The position numbers were made by a program, and so were the translations under genes. A DNA stretch of 62,388 bases, filler included, from Choristocarpus tenellus KU-1152 (taxonomy: Eukaryota > Protista > Phaeophyceae): NCBI GenBank assembly GCA_964200185.2. It is 7 parts of 7 records of this genome, joined end to end, with 100 filler letters (N's around TTAATTAATTAA, not from the genome) between each part and the next. Parts side by side here need not be neighbours in the genome. Positions count along the whole stretch, not along the records: positions 35,774 to 55,951 come from CAXNAD020000414.1; 6 more parts are not named here. The stretch is one strand, 5' to 3'. Each line of letters opens with the position of its first letter. Position 1 is the first letter of the stretch. Of this stretch, positions 38,658 to 52,034 are shown in pieces. The notes beneath the pieces were generated by a model, which was not told the origin of the DNA, ran no database searches, and was given only the letters and a program-made list of their open reading frames with translations.

Positions 38658-40113
38658 AGTTGCTGCCACTCATCCATTAACCTCACTTATCATTAACACC
38701 ATTAAAACCATAACCAGCACTCACTACATTCATTTGTACACTTTCATACTAATACGACTGCTGCTACAACTACTACGAAGAAAAGGTAAGAACACATACA
38801 AAAGACGTGCAGAGAGATGGGGGTAATGTCCCTCCCCCACAGGGAAGTACATTGAATGAAGTAGATCCCAGCAGCAGGAGGTATCGTACTGCCAATATCA
38901 CATATGTATGTATCGCGCACACACCAAAGTGTACAAGACCAATGCATACAAACATCCAATCGCACACAAAAGACTTTATCGTAATGAATGCTAGAAGACC
39001 AGTACACTATTTTCTCCAGGTTTCTCAAAACGTAGCACAATGAATGCACACACACACACACAACACCTTGCCAGTATAGTACTTCATTGGGGTTTAAAAC
39101 CCCTTGAAACAAAAAAAGCCAGTTCATGTTGAGTGACATTGGTGGAAGAATTCTATTGTCACATGAATTTCGCAGGTTCACACCTCAACACCAGATATTT
39201 CTCTTCATGGAAATAATCTGGTTTCGAGTACATTTAAAGTCCATATGGCAAGCACTAAGGATTGCAAACCTGAATTATCCTGTCCTATATCACAAGAATG
39301 CTGGGTCTGTAACAGGGTGGCAACGCCTCAATACCGAGGGGCAAGAAGGCGTACCCAGCATAAGATTCAAGGGAAGAGGTGGAACAACAAATAGAGAGAT
39401 GGCTGAACCCAACGCACAAGAAGCAAGGCATGGACAGAGGCAATACAATTAGTGTTAATGTAACACTTTGTTGCAGTAGCCAATGTGAGAAGTAGTGCAG
39501 TGTGTAGTGCCTCTGAATGTGGATCAGGCAAATTCGCATGCTGAAAGTGAAGAAAAAGAGAAGTGTATGCATGCCTTAAACCATGATTCAAAGAATGACA
39601 GGGCTTGCATGGCTCATATCTCTGACCGGGTGGGTGGCAAGAGACCCACTTCCTCTTACAACTTTCACTTTATTCTTCCTTTACAAGAGTCAGGAACCCT
39701 TCCCAGATTAAAATTCTGTCCCCTTAGCCGTACCTTCCAAGCCTCAAGGAGATGAAGAGGCATTGCATTGCATGTTACAGTATGGCATCCGCCACCAGCA
39801 GACAGTCTGATATCCTCTTTTTTCATGTGTAGAATCCTGAAACTTGACACACTCTTCATTGACCAGCGACAGTATGGCCACACTGCACCATGATTGTTAT
39901 TTTAATGGGTCGTTCCCTTGTGCACAGGAGTGTCTTGACTACAGACATGATAACACTTGGTCACCCGTAAAAGACATTACAGTGAAGTGGCCAGTTCTCT
40001 TACGGTTATTGTCATAAACAGGACTGAAAGGCAATATATGCAATTTATAGGGCAAACAAATAAATGTTTTTTTTCATAGTTACTTGGAGCAGGACCAAAA
40101 ACCATGGTAGCAC

Positions 40114-43100
40114 CTACTCCTCCATGACGTCATGCCGCAGGCCCTCCAGGAACCCATCAAGAGTCTGATGTGACTCATCCGGCAGTGGATGGTCATCCAG
40201 CAGAAGTTCTTCAAAGAAGTATTCCTGACCAGAGTCATCATGGGAAGGATCGTGTTTGTTGGTAGAAGTCACAGAAGTGAATTGATATTCAGAAAATAAA
40301 TTCAACTAGAATAAGCCTCCCTCATTAGTGTGTCCCAGGAACAGCCAGACAATAGCTGTACTTAGAGGCACACCCTTTGTTCACTAGCAAAACAAACGGC
40401 AAAGGTTGCAGGGTTGAGAGCACTCACCACCTTGTAGACAATGTTGGAATGTTTAGAATGCAGAGCATATAGTAAGAATAAACGATCAAGATAACCTCAT
40501 GTGAGTGGGAGTCTTTCATACAGTGATGTCTGCATCCCTCAACAAACTTGCTATTCTGCAAACACACCTATACAGCACAATAAACCAGCACGGAAAAAAA
40601 AAATCATCTACAATCTACAGGCACAAGAATCCACTACGATTCCAATTCCCTTTCCAAAGAACCTCATCCTTACCTGAGGAGTCCCTGTCTGACTCAGGAT
40701 CACCTCCTCACCAGAGTCTGGTCGGGCTTTTGACCTAACCTGAAGAAATTGTCCCAGCCCAGTGTTTCCAAAGATAGAGTGGGGGGATTGGGAGGCTGTT
40801 GTTGGAGGGAGAGGGGGCGGTAGATTAGGGTCTGCAAAGTGGACCACCACCCTCCTGAAAGCATCAACCACAAATATATTGCAGGGTGGACGGCCACGGG
40901 TCAATGATTCCCTGAGACAGTACAAGGAGTTTTCAGTGGCCAGAGGGGGTGGGGGGAGAGGAAAGGGGGTAAGTGGCTATAGACAGTGTACTACCAAAGT
41001 TTGGGATCAGCTGATCACAAATTATCTTTTGGATGGTCACTCAAGAGAGTGAAGCAAGCGTTGTGGGAAACAAAGCAATATTCGTCAACCTCATGCTCCA
41101 GAGTGCCCAAGGGATATATGAACATATTTGTATAGAGTCAAGTGGCTGCGTGTATTTGAGTTTTAGAGTGATGGAGACTTGGGGGATTCTACACATATCT
41201 CCCTGCAATACCTGTTGGTTGATAAGAGGTCAGAGGGTACGAGGGGGCAAACCCTCCCCTCAGCGATCTCAATGTTAGTACTGACGCATTGTATCACAAT
41301 TGTTAGACCCCAGCCAACAACCCATACCACTTCTGTACATATATGTACCCTGCTCAAGATTGCTTGAGAGCAGAAGCCTGGTAAGAATAAATTCCATCTG
41401 AATCTTACTCACAAACCTGGCAGTGTGGGGTTGGGCATATGAGCCAAGTCTAAAGAAAATTAAGTACTTCGAAGTATTACTAATGCAAATTTGCTCATAC
41501 AAACCTCCCCCCACTCTATCAATAGCCCACATCCAAATACTTAGGTACAATCAAACAAGGACCACAAAACCAAAAAACAATGAAGCAGCGCGATGCTAGG
41601 GGGGACGACCCCTCAGTTTACACCTCCCGCACCCTCAAGTACCTGGACAGGGCCATCTGATTAGATAGCCTCATGTTCACGGAGGCGTATCCCTGCATCT
41701 CGGGGTAAATGGCTATCACCAAACATCGTGGATCCAGCGAGCACAACACTGCCTGGAGGCATGCCCTGGAGTCACCAATACAGTACCATTGGCGTAGGCA
41801 GTGAAGTGGTGGTCGAAGGGAGAATTGCATGGAAACAAGGTGGAGGGTATGGGGGAATCTTGAGAATGTTGATCAATCGGACAGCAGCATTGTGTTGGTG
41901 AAGTATTACAAAGTTAGGCACGGAGGAGGTACATTGAAAGTGGGGACCTACCTAGGTTCCTACCCTCCCTTTCTCCCTGCTAATAATAGAAAGCTACACT
42001 TTGAATAATGCACAAGAGGGTTCCGTGAGGTTAGGCTAGAGAGCACCAATGGTAATGGTGCTCCCTTCTGAGAACTTGTTGCAGTACCAGTGCGGTAGTA
42101 TCATGCTTTAATATTAATAGTATAAAATACTTGAAATGTTCCAGACAAGGGTACACTGAAAGAGAGATCCTCCTCCTCCTCCAACAGAGCTGACAAATGG
42201 CATAGTTGAGCACATACATAACATGGAGAGCGTTCTGCTTGGGCAACACAAAAGAGAGTACTCTCCACTTGAAGAGTCACCAACAGAATGGAGGGAAGTA
42301 CTCACACAAAACACAAGCACATGAACAAAAAAGCGTGATACTTCCACTCCTCTGCTCAATGTGTAAATCTAGACAATTTACAGTTTACATTGAAACTAAC
42401 CTTGAGTCAGGGCACCCTCCAGTTGGATGCATCAGAGGTGAATGCAGCAATCCATACACCTGTTGCACCATTGCCCATGCCCAAGGCTTTGCCAGCACAG
42501 CATCCAGTGCCCCCCCCGCCCCTTCCTCACCACCTCCTTCCTCTCCTGATTCCCCCTTTATATCTGTCTTTTTTTTAGACTGCACTACCCCATAAAGAAA
42601 GTTAGCCAACCAATCCCGAAGAAGGGACCTTGCCTCCACTAGCCCACTACAGTATTGGTGGAGGGAGGGGGGGGGAGGCAGGGGATTGACAATGGGTGGG
42701 TGAATTGTAGCAAAGGCTTTGTATCAGTAATTCAACAGGCAGTCAAAGAGAGAGAAGGACAGTCGTCAGTAATTGTGCAGAACGAAGTTGAACAAGGGCA
42801 GCGGTGTCAAGGAAAAAAGAGAGAGGGGGTGATGCTGTGGATATTTCAAGCCATCTCTAGGAGAAAGGGAAAGCACTAGAGAATGGACAGACTGGATAGT
42901 AGAAAGAGAGAGGATGACGGCCATGGTTACATGAACAAGTGTGTTGCTTGGTGTAAGATACTCAAGTCTCGGGGCATGTGTAACTCCTGGATTATTACAA
43001 ACTCTCTTGTCCTAATAATATTGAGCTTTCTCAAGTGCAGAACGCAGCAACATCATGCCTCCATTCCACTATATATCGCTCCAGAGTACTCCAGCGTATA

Positions 43101-45167
43101 TATCAACACTACAAGCTCGTACTCAAATTTCAATGTCAACACACAACAAAGATCCAAACAAGACTAAGGGGAGTGACAGCACTGTGAGCAATAAGGACAA
43201 ATGGAATAAGAGGGACAGTGGTAGGTTGACATAAAAACACTTCATGGCACGAAAACTAATAAGCTGCCACTCATGCCACTCAAGCCTCCTCCTCCTCCTC
43301 CTCCTCCTCACCCCCTTCTCAAGGGTGGCTGTTGCTCCTCACCTCCGTCGAGCTTCTGCTGTCACCTTGTGCACCAGCACTGACATAACAGCTGGGGGGT
43401 CCAGCATCTCCGTGATGTAAGGGACATCCATGGACGCATCTGTCTGCACTGTAGTCACACGTAGGCGACGGACGGTCACCATGGGTGGATTTGGTGTGTG
43501 ACCTTCCCCCATTGCATCACCAGCATTGCCAGGGGATGAGGGGGAGTGGTCAGGATCAGGCACCACTGTCGTGTATGCAAACGCCACCTTAGAGAGTGAG
43601 GCGAAGGGGAGGGAGCATAGGAGGGTGGTGGAGGGGATAGCAAGAGCTCAGCCTTCTGTCACGAGAGCCTCAGCACACATCCTAGTGGTGACAGTAAGAT
43701 TCTGGCTTGGAAATGCACCTGGATGAGGGTGGACACTAAACTCTAACCCGAAAGCTGTGCTGATACTATAAACATAATATCACACTACCAATGCCACAAA
43801 CTAAAGTAAGTTGATCACCTCAATGAACTGTATTTTTATAAAAAATAGGATGTACTAGCTCCACCTCTAACCATAATGCCAAACATCTATCCCGCTACTG
43901 ATACACCATGACATGAGAGAGAGAGAGAGAGAGAGAAATGAAGGAGGGGAGGGGGGGAGATCAAACATGGAATAAGCAAAGCAGACCATGCACTTACCCC
44001 AAATAACCACAAAGAAATAGTCATGTTTGAGCAACGGACAGCTATGGCAAAAAATCACAACAATAAAGAGGCAAAAGTAGCACCTCAGCGTCAACTATAA
44101 ATAAAATGCTTAGGGCTTGAGAGTACTCCAAACGAGGTGTTCTCGGAGCCTTTCTACCTAGAGACCCCAGAGTACCAAACATGTTACGCCCTCTTCCTCA
44201 ATCACTTGCCCCTTACAGGCAGCGTTACAGCACAGCAAATGAGCAAAGATAGTCCTGGTAATGCAAAGACTATTTCAAGGCCCATATGCAGTCCATGCCT
44301 GGAGTGTCGGGGAGTGGCCATCTTCTTCGTCCCACTCTGTGCCATTCCCAGCTCCCACAAACTCAAAGTCCATGCTAAACGTGTCAGTGACCCGGCAGGA
44401 AGCGACATGCCAAAGCCTGTCGAAGCGCTGATCTGGGTAAAGTTGACCATACACACCATCCCTGTTGATTGATAGATCTGAAGAAGTGCGAACACTTAAA
44501 AGGTGAAGTGAATTTAAAGCGAATGGCGCACCAGCACACAAACCAACAAAACCACCACAAGGCCGGCCAAGCACAGTAATATAATGTGTTGTCAGCAGAA
44601 ATGTAGGGCAAGGAGGCAGAGGTGAGAGGGGGGGTTGCCATAAGGTCTTGCACGGGTACAACCCCTCCGCAAGAAAGGCATCCTAACTATACTCGAATGA
44701 TACTTGAATGAGTGATTCGTTTTTTTGCCAAAAAAAATTACATATTTACACGCTGTGAGTGGAGTGCCTAAATATGAGGGCTGTTTATCGAGGCAGGCAA
44801 ATGTGGAAGGTCCAGGCCACGGGTTGAACGGTTTCCATAACTTTCTGGCAAACCCAGACCAGGTCGTCTGAGTAATGGAATTAGTTTACGTCCAAATTGC
44901 CTGTAAATTGTCTGCAACATATCAATGTAAAGGAGTTGCTATATAGGGAGGCAATACCTGTGACAGAAACACATGAGGTGTGAGATGGCGAGTAAATGAG
45001 GATGTGGCAGAGAGCTGCCATCAGCAATGAGCAAGAATTGGTTCAAGACAGCCCAATGCATGGGTCTTCATTTTTTTCCAGGATACTAAATTCTACTATA
45101 TGGAAGAGCTGTTAATACTACGCACATAAGAACTGGTGCCAGCAACACAAAGATAGATGGACAGACC

Positions 45168-45199
<32 letters not shown>

Positions 45200-48100
45200 G
45201 GCAGACGGTCAGATTAGAAACCTCTTTTTTTTTTACACAGTGGCACTTGCACCAGGGGCACCTAAAAGGTTTGTAAGGGCCACTTCATAGAAATGTTCAC
45301 TTTTTACTGGACACAATACTACTCTGAGTGATAGACGTAGGAACCTAACAGGGTTCCAATAGCAAACAATGTTGCATCTTTAAATTGGGTTGCTTGGTCT
45401 GACATGTCTTGATCGGGCTGGCCCATATGTCAAATGTGTGTTGCCAGGCAGGCCATGGGTAAAGAGTATCACAGGGGCTGGTCCATAGCTGTCAACTGTT
45501 TCAACATGACTAGCCCACGGGTCAGCACAATTCAAGTATGTCTCAACAGGGCCAGTCCGTGGATCAGGCAGCAGCCATGGTCTGGACCCCAGCCAAGTTA
45601 ACTGGATGCCCTGATGAGAAGCCCTGGTAAATATGGACTTGGTTTGGGTGTGGGGATGGGATATGTATGAACCAGCCCTAGAGTGTGCCCATCACTTTTC
45701 AACAGAATAAAGCACTTTCTTATTTGAGCTACACTATATTGATACACTATATTGACACGCTTTCTACAGGATATATATATATATATATTTATATACAAAT
45801 TACTTTGCCCATTTGTCTCATTCATGGAGTCTACGTTTCCAAACATTTCCAGAGTGTGTCTCCTTGGCAATGTACCCTTAAAAAATTGTTTCCCCTGCCC
45901 CAACACTTTGCTCCTCACCGAAGCAGACCGTCATAGGCTCTGTGTTGTAGCACCTCTTTGCATATGCTTCGAGCAATTGACTCCACCCTTGACTCCCCTG
46001 CCCTCTGGTGTAGCAGAGAATGCCTAAGGTAAGAGGAGTTGCATTGTTACAGGGGGTGGAGCAATAGGAGCTCAGTTGTAGCTGATTCAACTTGCAAAAT
46101 AGCACATGCAGTGGTGCTATCATCGCATCCCAGGAGTATAATCCAGCAAAAAAACAAAATGATGCCCATAAAAACTCTTAACAGTTCCCACACCTCAATA
46201 GCTATCCTCAGACCCTCACCAAATAACAGCATAAACCCATCTCCCCGACTAACCCTCTCAGTTCAACACACCGTTTGAGGAGCCCCCCTGTAAGCTTGGG
46301 TAGTGGAGCTAACGAACTAAGTCCAAAGAAGTTGCAAGCAGGAGTGGCCAGTGCGAGTACATCCACACTCACTCCATGAGGGGCAGCCCGTTCAGCCTGA
46401 AGCCTGTAGTATGCACGGGCCTTGTCCTTCCCTCATCAGCAAGGCAGAGCAGGGCAAGGACAGGTGGGGGAGGGTAGACAAGATGCATTTAAAAACAAAC
46501 AGGAGCATTGTAGGTAGGGGGGGAGGTTTTGACACGGCTTTCATACTCCATCTCCTCCCTTAACTCCCCAGTGAACAAGCAAGCCCGATCTCTTGACTAC
46601 TTACATCTCAACTTCTCCAACACCATCTTCTCCACTGTGTCCAATACCCATGACCCTTCATACTCAACAAAAACAGTCACCCACCTCCCCTCGGAACAGA
46701 TTGTCGTGATCTAGCCCTCCCCACTCTACTTCCTCCTGCTGAAGACCAGCACTATCCCCTCCCAATCCCAAACCTGCCTCACCCACAACCTTCATAGATG
46801 CCCCTTCCACATCCCCAGCCCCGTGTTCAACATTGTTGGTAGCTACGCCCCCTTCCACATCCCCACTGCCCCTTGCGACTACTTCCCCTGCCCCTCCCCC
46901 TGCTTCAATCCCTGCTCCACCACCTGCATGCCACTGCCCAAGAGTCGCATCTATGGCTCCTGGGCCTTGGTCTGGGACACCGCCAAGAAAGAGCATTAGG
47001 CGACATCCAGCAAAGGTAAAATCTACCTCTTGTTTTGACGGCAACGTCAATGGGACACCCACACCTCTAAAATGGTCAGTTCTGCCTCCCCCTGCCCCAT
47101 CATTGGCTCTGGGGTCAGCTCCAGCAGCTACCCTGGACCCCAGTATCAGATCAAGCAACACCTCAACTGTTCTACCAACAGCTCTTTGCCCCTTTCCAAC
47201 TCCCTCGATGACACCTAGATGCGTTGTAGAGTCATGTGAGGGCATAATGCATGCGGTGGGCAGGCACCCATTGGCTGGGGTACGTGTGAACAGTAATAGC
47301 AACAGCTTCCACGCCATGAACATCCACTGGTGGTCATTCTAAAATCAGCATCTAGGGAGCCATCACAGAAGCAGATAATATACTCAATGCAGGGAGATAT
47401 TTCTGGCTACACCAACGCCGACAGTAGAACTCGTCACTCACAGCAACAAAAACACACCCAACATCCCCTCTCTTTCCACCCTCTGAAACCGTTCACCTTC
47501 ACCCACCTCGTACCCCTTGCGACATCACTCTACATCGAGTTTGAAAATTACACACAGCTAACTGCTTCAATCACCTGACTCAAGGGGGCCACGGCACAAC
47601 TCACGAAGGCCTCGGACAGAGGCCCTAATGTGTTCACGATTCCCCCCCACGGGGCAGAGGAGTTCCTCTAGACAGAGAACATCAGACAGATCCACAGATT
47701 CCTGCACAAGAGGAAGCGGAAGTAATCGCCATAGATTGGAGCATCATTCAAAAATTTGATTGTGGGGCAGGGGGAGGGGGGGATTCAGAGATGACTACTA
47801 TGAGAGTCTGTACGCAAGACATGTTCATTGTCAGTGCATTGGTAGAGGGAGGGATGGTTTAGTCTCCTCAGAGCACACCCTCCAAGTTGGTGAAGTTCAA
47901 AGGTGGGAATGGGGGCTGCAACACATAGGCTTGTGGACAACAAAGAGGAACATACAGGTCAATGCACCATGAATTGGTTGTGAATATGGAGATGACTTCT
48001 TCACTTCTTCTCGTCCACAATCACATTCCATATTTACCTCCTCCTGATGTATGTGAGGAGCTTGCGCAGCTTGTTTGGGGGTGCTACGCACACCAAGAGC

Positions 48101-51100
48101 AGTACAATATACTCTACCTCTTCCTACCTCTATCAATAGTCTCACAGACAGTAGGTACACTCATCCTTTCTTGGCACACAAACCCACTACCACACCACAC
48201 AGAGATCACAACATGTGCACATGAGGTGGCAATGCACCAGAGGACCTCGCACCTTGCTCCCATGAAGATCATCAATATCCACAAACTGCACATGGGGGAT
48301 GGGTGCGGAGAGGTCCAAGAGTCCTATTCGGTCAGACATAGTCACCAGCCCAAATCTCGACTCATCTGGCAGAGACCCCACCAAAACATCCAGGATCTGC
48401 ACATTGACAAGTCCAGGGCCAAGGATGGGAGCAGGTGAGAGGAGGAGGTGAGAAAGGGGGGATGTAACTCATGCCGTGAGTGTAATGGTCTCTACCATGC
48501 GATGGATTGACAACTAAGTAAAAGTCAATGGGAGACAACCGATGATTGACCTGAAGCCATGTTTAATTAGAAGAAGTATTGAAGTCTCATCACTAGGCTG
48601 TGCACCCCGAAGTGTGCACTGCTCCCAGGAGGTACATGAATGAATGTTCAACGAGGGAGATACCCCTTCTCCAAGTAGCCCCACCACAGAGCATTGTAGC
48701 AATTAGATTACTATAGTAACACCAACCCATATGGTCATGGGTACGGAACATTTCTTGATCCGCTGTGGGTGACTTGGAAGTGATGCTAAAGAACATGTGC
48801 TGACAAAAGGTACTCCCTGAATGCAGCAGACATCCCCTAATGACTGCGCCACCAAAATCATACAAGTTATACTTTTGAGAAGGAAGAATCCCATGGCACC
48901 ACTGAATTATCCCTCAAAGATATCACTCACGTTTCAGGTCCCTGTTATACTAGACCCACTTTCCTCCCTTAGCAAATGTCACCAGTGATGCATTGAACTA
49001 TATGTACTTATAGTAAGGTTATTCAGGCACCGGGAGAGGACTGCATACAATTCACACAGGATTGAGTACAGAAAATACAGGACTGGGCATTGCTCACACG
49101 GGGTCATACGGTCCCATATACATACCACTGCTATAGCCTCATGGTAGTCTCTTCCTCCCAGTTCATCCACCACTGCAAGGAATACCAGAGGGCGAGACGC
49201 TCCAGGCTCTTTTGAGAGATAACCATTCTTCAAGAACACCTGCGAGAGAGATCAGACCAGATTCGAAGGAGACAGCCACAGCACAGCTTGATCAGGCAAC
49301 ATTGGGAGTCTCATTTCAATGTGAGTATCTGTCTTGTGTGTAAACAAAGGGTGATATGGATATAATAATATCAAGTACAAAAAAATAGCGATGGAAAGGG
49401 GGACGGAGGGAGGATTGAAGGGTTTCCAGGATAAACAAGGCGATCCGACTGACAGAGCAGAACCAGGAGGCAGCAAATAAATCGAGTAATGGACACCAAA
49501 TGCAGCAAACCAGAGGCCCATTGCAACTACACATTACCTACAACAAGTACAGATCACCACTGGTACCAACCCCAACAATATGAAAAACAGATTGACGCTG
49601 TCTCATGTCCAGCTTCTCTCTCTTGAGTCACCTCTACAATGAACTATATTGACATTCTCGTGCTGCTCTTCACAATGGCAGTATGCCCACAGTTTGAAGC
49701 CCTCTACTTCACTTCCAAGCTCATAAATAAAATAGTTGGTCAATCCCTATTGCTGCCAAACTATGCTTTTCATTCCCAGGGCAAGGCAGCAAGAGTGCAC
49801 TTGTTTCAGCGGGTTCATTTTGCAGCTTTCAAAATAATTGTAACACTACGAAGGATAACCCGTTCTATACACATTAACAATTAGAAGTACACTTTGATTC
49901 TAGTCAATTCTACTAGGTAAGACACACTTCATGCAATATCACACCATTCTTTGCCCCTCTTTCTACACACCCTGTCGTATTATTTCCAACGCTGCCATGC
50001 TGCAATCATGCTCCACTTGCCTTGGGGCAAACTTGAGTCATTCACACTATCCCTCTTGACACAACATTTGTCAAATGTTTACCTTGTGGAAGAAAAAGAT
50101 CAGGCATGAGAGTATTCACTACATGCTGTATATAATTGCTCACTTGAAAAAAAAGCTGTGTGTCTCACAAGCTTGGTTGAGGTTGGGATTGGATCTTAAT
50201 ATCCAAGTAAGTATCCCTGCTTACTCCTCTTGTCAACTACGAAAACATCACCATTCACATACCACAAAACACTAGATATTGCATATGCGTCATCACTTCA
50301 CTTCATATCACTTCCACTGCACCTGGCCACTGTGCATCAGGGCACCTTTGCTGTCCAGGGGAAGCTCATACTCAACTGTCTGCATGAAAAAGGACAGAGC
50401 GGAACAAGGGGGGTATGTCATGACCAGGAGCAAGTTGGACCAAGATGGACCAAGGGAGTGTCAGTGCACATGGCACACTATCACATGCACAACGAACAGG
50501 AGGGACCAGCCCAGGACCACAACAACTACATCCCCTCTTCAAATTTCCTAGCCCTTCATATGGTTCCCTTTCTAGTCACCCATAAATCACACCATTCCCC
50601 GTCACCTGCTGGGTTAGCTCAGGAAGTTCTTGTGCCACAGTAGACTTGTGGTACCGGGAGAGAGCTGATGTCAGGCGGTTGCGGTTATGACACAGTGGAC
50701 ACTTCCAGTACCTGCTATTGGCAGGTCCCAATGAGGAGGGTGTAAGGGTAATGTATGTAGTGATTAAATATTAATGAATCAACTGGCAGCAACTTTCCTG
50801 CCCAGAGGTGCTGTGATACATGTTAGCATGTACGAAGAGAATTCTGAACAAAACACTGGATACAAAGAGCCGTCAACTAAAATTTCCTTGTCTAATCTAG
50901 TCCGTTCAATACGTCGATTCCCTACGCTCGTGCTGCGCTGCTCTTCACACTGGTAGCACTCCACCAACCCCCCACTTCAAGACCATATATCTCATAGGTG
51001 CTGACGTTTCCCCTCTGACAAAGCCAAGCTAATCTCGGAGTGAGAACAGGCCTGTGCACTCCACGCCCCAGACTACTCTGCTCGCTGTAGCTTACACACT

Positions 51101-51444
51101 GCAACAAAAGAATCCGACCCTTAAACTGCCTGTCGCAAAGCAGTCTATGGTCGTTTGTCCACTTGGTCTGCTAACCTCAAGGAAATGTCACTGAAGGGGC
51201 TGATGTATGCGAAGCATTCCTCACACCGTGCCACTTGCTCGATAGGTACAAGTGGTGTCGTCTTAGAGCCACTGTTCCCCCTTGGATCCTCGAGGAAAGG
51301 CGACACGCAGCAACTCCATGGAACACCCACAGTGTCTTTTACATCGGCTTCGGGACGGAACGATAAATGGGGCGATAAGTATTTAGAAGACACAATCGTC
51401 GTCGAAACAAAGCAGGAGAGGCCAACTGGGACATCACTGAGCAT
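40114..51444 (-). CDS. Sec23/Sec24-family COPII inner-coat protein, divergent type (resembles plant SEC23D). Exons 51444-51176, 50711-50606, 50379-50323, 49239-49126, 48396-48253, 47701-47575, 47214-~46790, ~46420-46272, 46023-45919, 44494-44299, 43587-43343, 42646-42401, 41765-41643, 40911-40674, 40224-40114.
   Basis: Zn finger RCEECFAYISPF...WKCPLCHNRN; PEL...TVEY; vWA trunk VFLAVVDE...SLPDESRFGLVT...LMLFLGGVPDQGPG...YYRLQA..A...GVSVD...LTGG; beta-sandwich AYDGLLRVRTS...LQVAFAYT...RRLRVTT; helical region ARSLLRDWL...VYGLLHSPL...IYP; gelsolin-like IFVVDAF; ends LDGFLEGLRHDVMEE*. The exon 7/8 boundaries are approximate. Confidence 0.92.
45160..45207. repeat. (AGAC)n microsatellite
   Basis: Tandem ACAG units in a Sec23/24 intron. 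Confidence 0.85.
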
Positions 51445-52034
51445 TTTTCATGTTGATCCACTAGCTTGTGTTCACCGGACGTTTAGACGGTGATTTTGTG
51501 GTAAGAGTCATTATTACACAAGTTCGATCTCGGACTGTGAAACGTTGCCAACTTTCAGCTAGGAATGGAAATGCACCTCAATGCATACCACGGGAGAGTT
51601 TCACACGAATATCCTATCCAAATGTATAGGTTAATAGCAAGAATCATGCTCATGATACCCTCGCCTTACAACTCTGTGAAGTGAACATGCTGCTACATTG
51701 AGGTGAGTCAAGTCTAACCTGTCTGTGGGAATATCTGGAGGGTTAACCTGACGGGATGGTCCTCTAAGAAGTAATATGGTACGCTGTGGTCCATTTCATC
51801 TTCTTGGGCTTGAGTCGAGCTCATCTGGGCTGGCAAGCAGACAGTCAGACACGAAGACGATGGGGGGTTGTGCCTATAGTAGTAGTGCTACCGTTATCGC
51901 TCCAGAGCTCTAAATATTTTTGTTTTGGGATACTACATCATATTTGGACATTTGTTGGTAAATGACTCAAGCCTGTAGTTCGAGAAGCTGGGGTGCACCT
52001 ACCGCCAGAGATAGCTTATCAATTCCGCGCAGCG
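51445..52034. promoter_or_regulatory. Putative bidirectional promoter region
   Basis: 590 bp between the divergent start codons at 51444 (-) and 52035 (+); no specific motif identified. Confidence 0.5.

Noticed and set aside
39700-39900. Possible hAT dimerisation-domain remnant on the minus strand
   Set aside because: Similarity (EECVKF...HEKR) is too short and degenerate to support.
46833-47342. 169-aa Pro-rich plus-strand ORF
   Set aside because: Antisense shadow of the Gly-rich exon 7 of the Sec23/24 gene.
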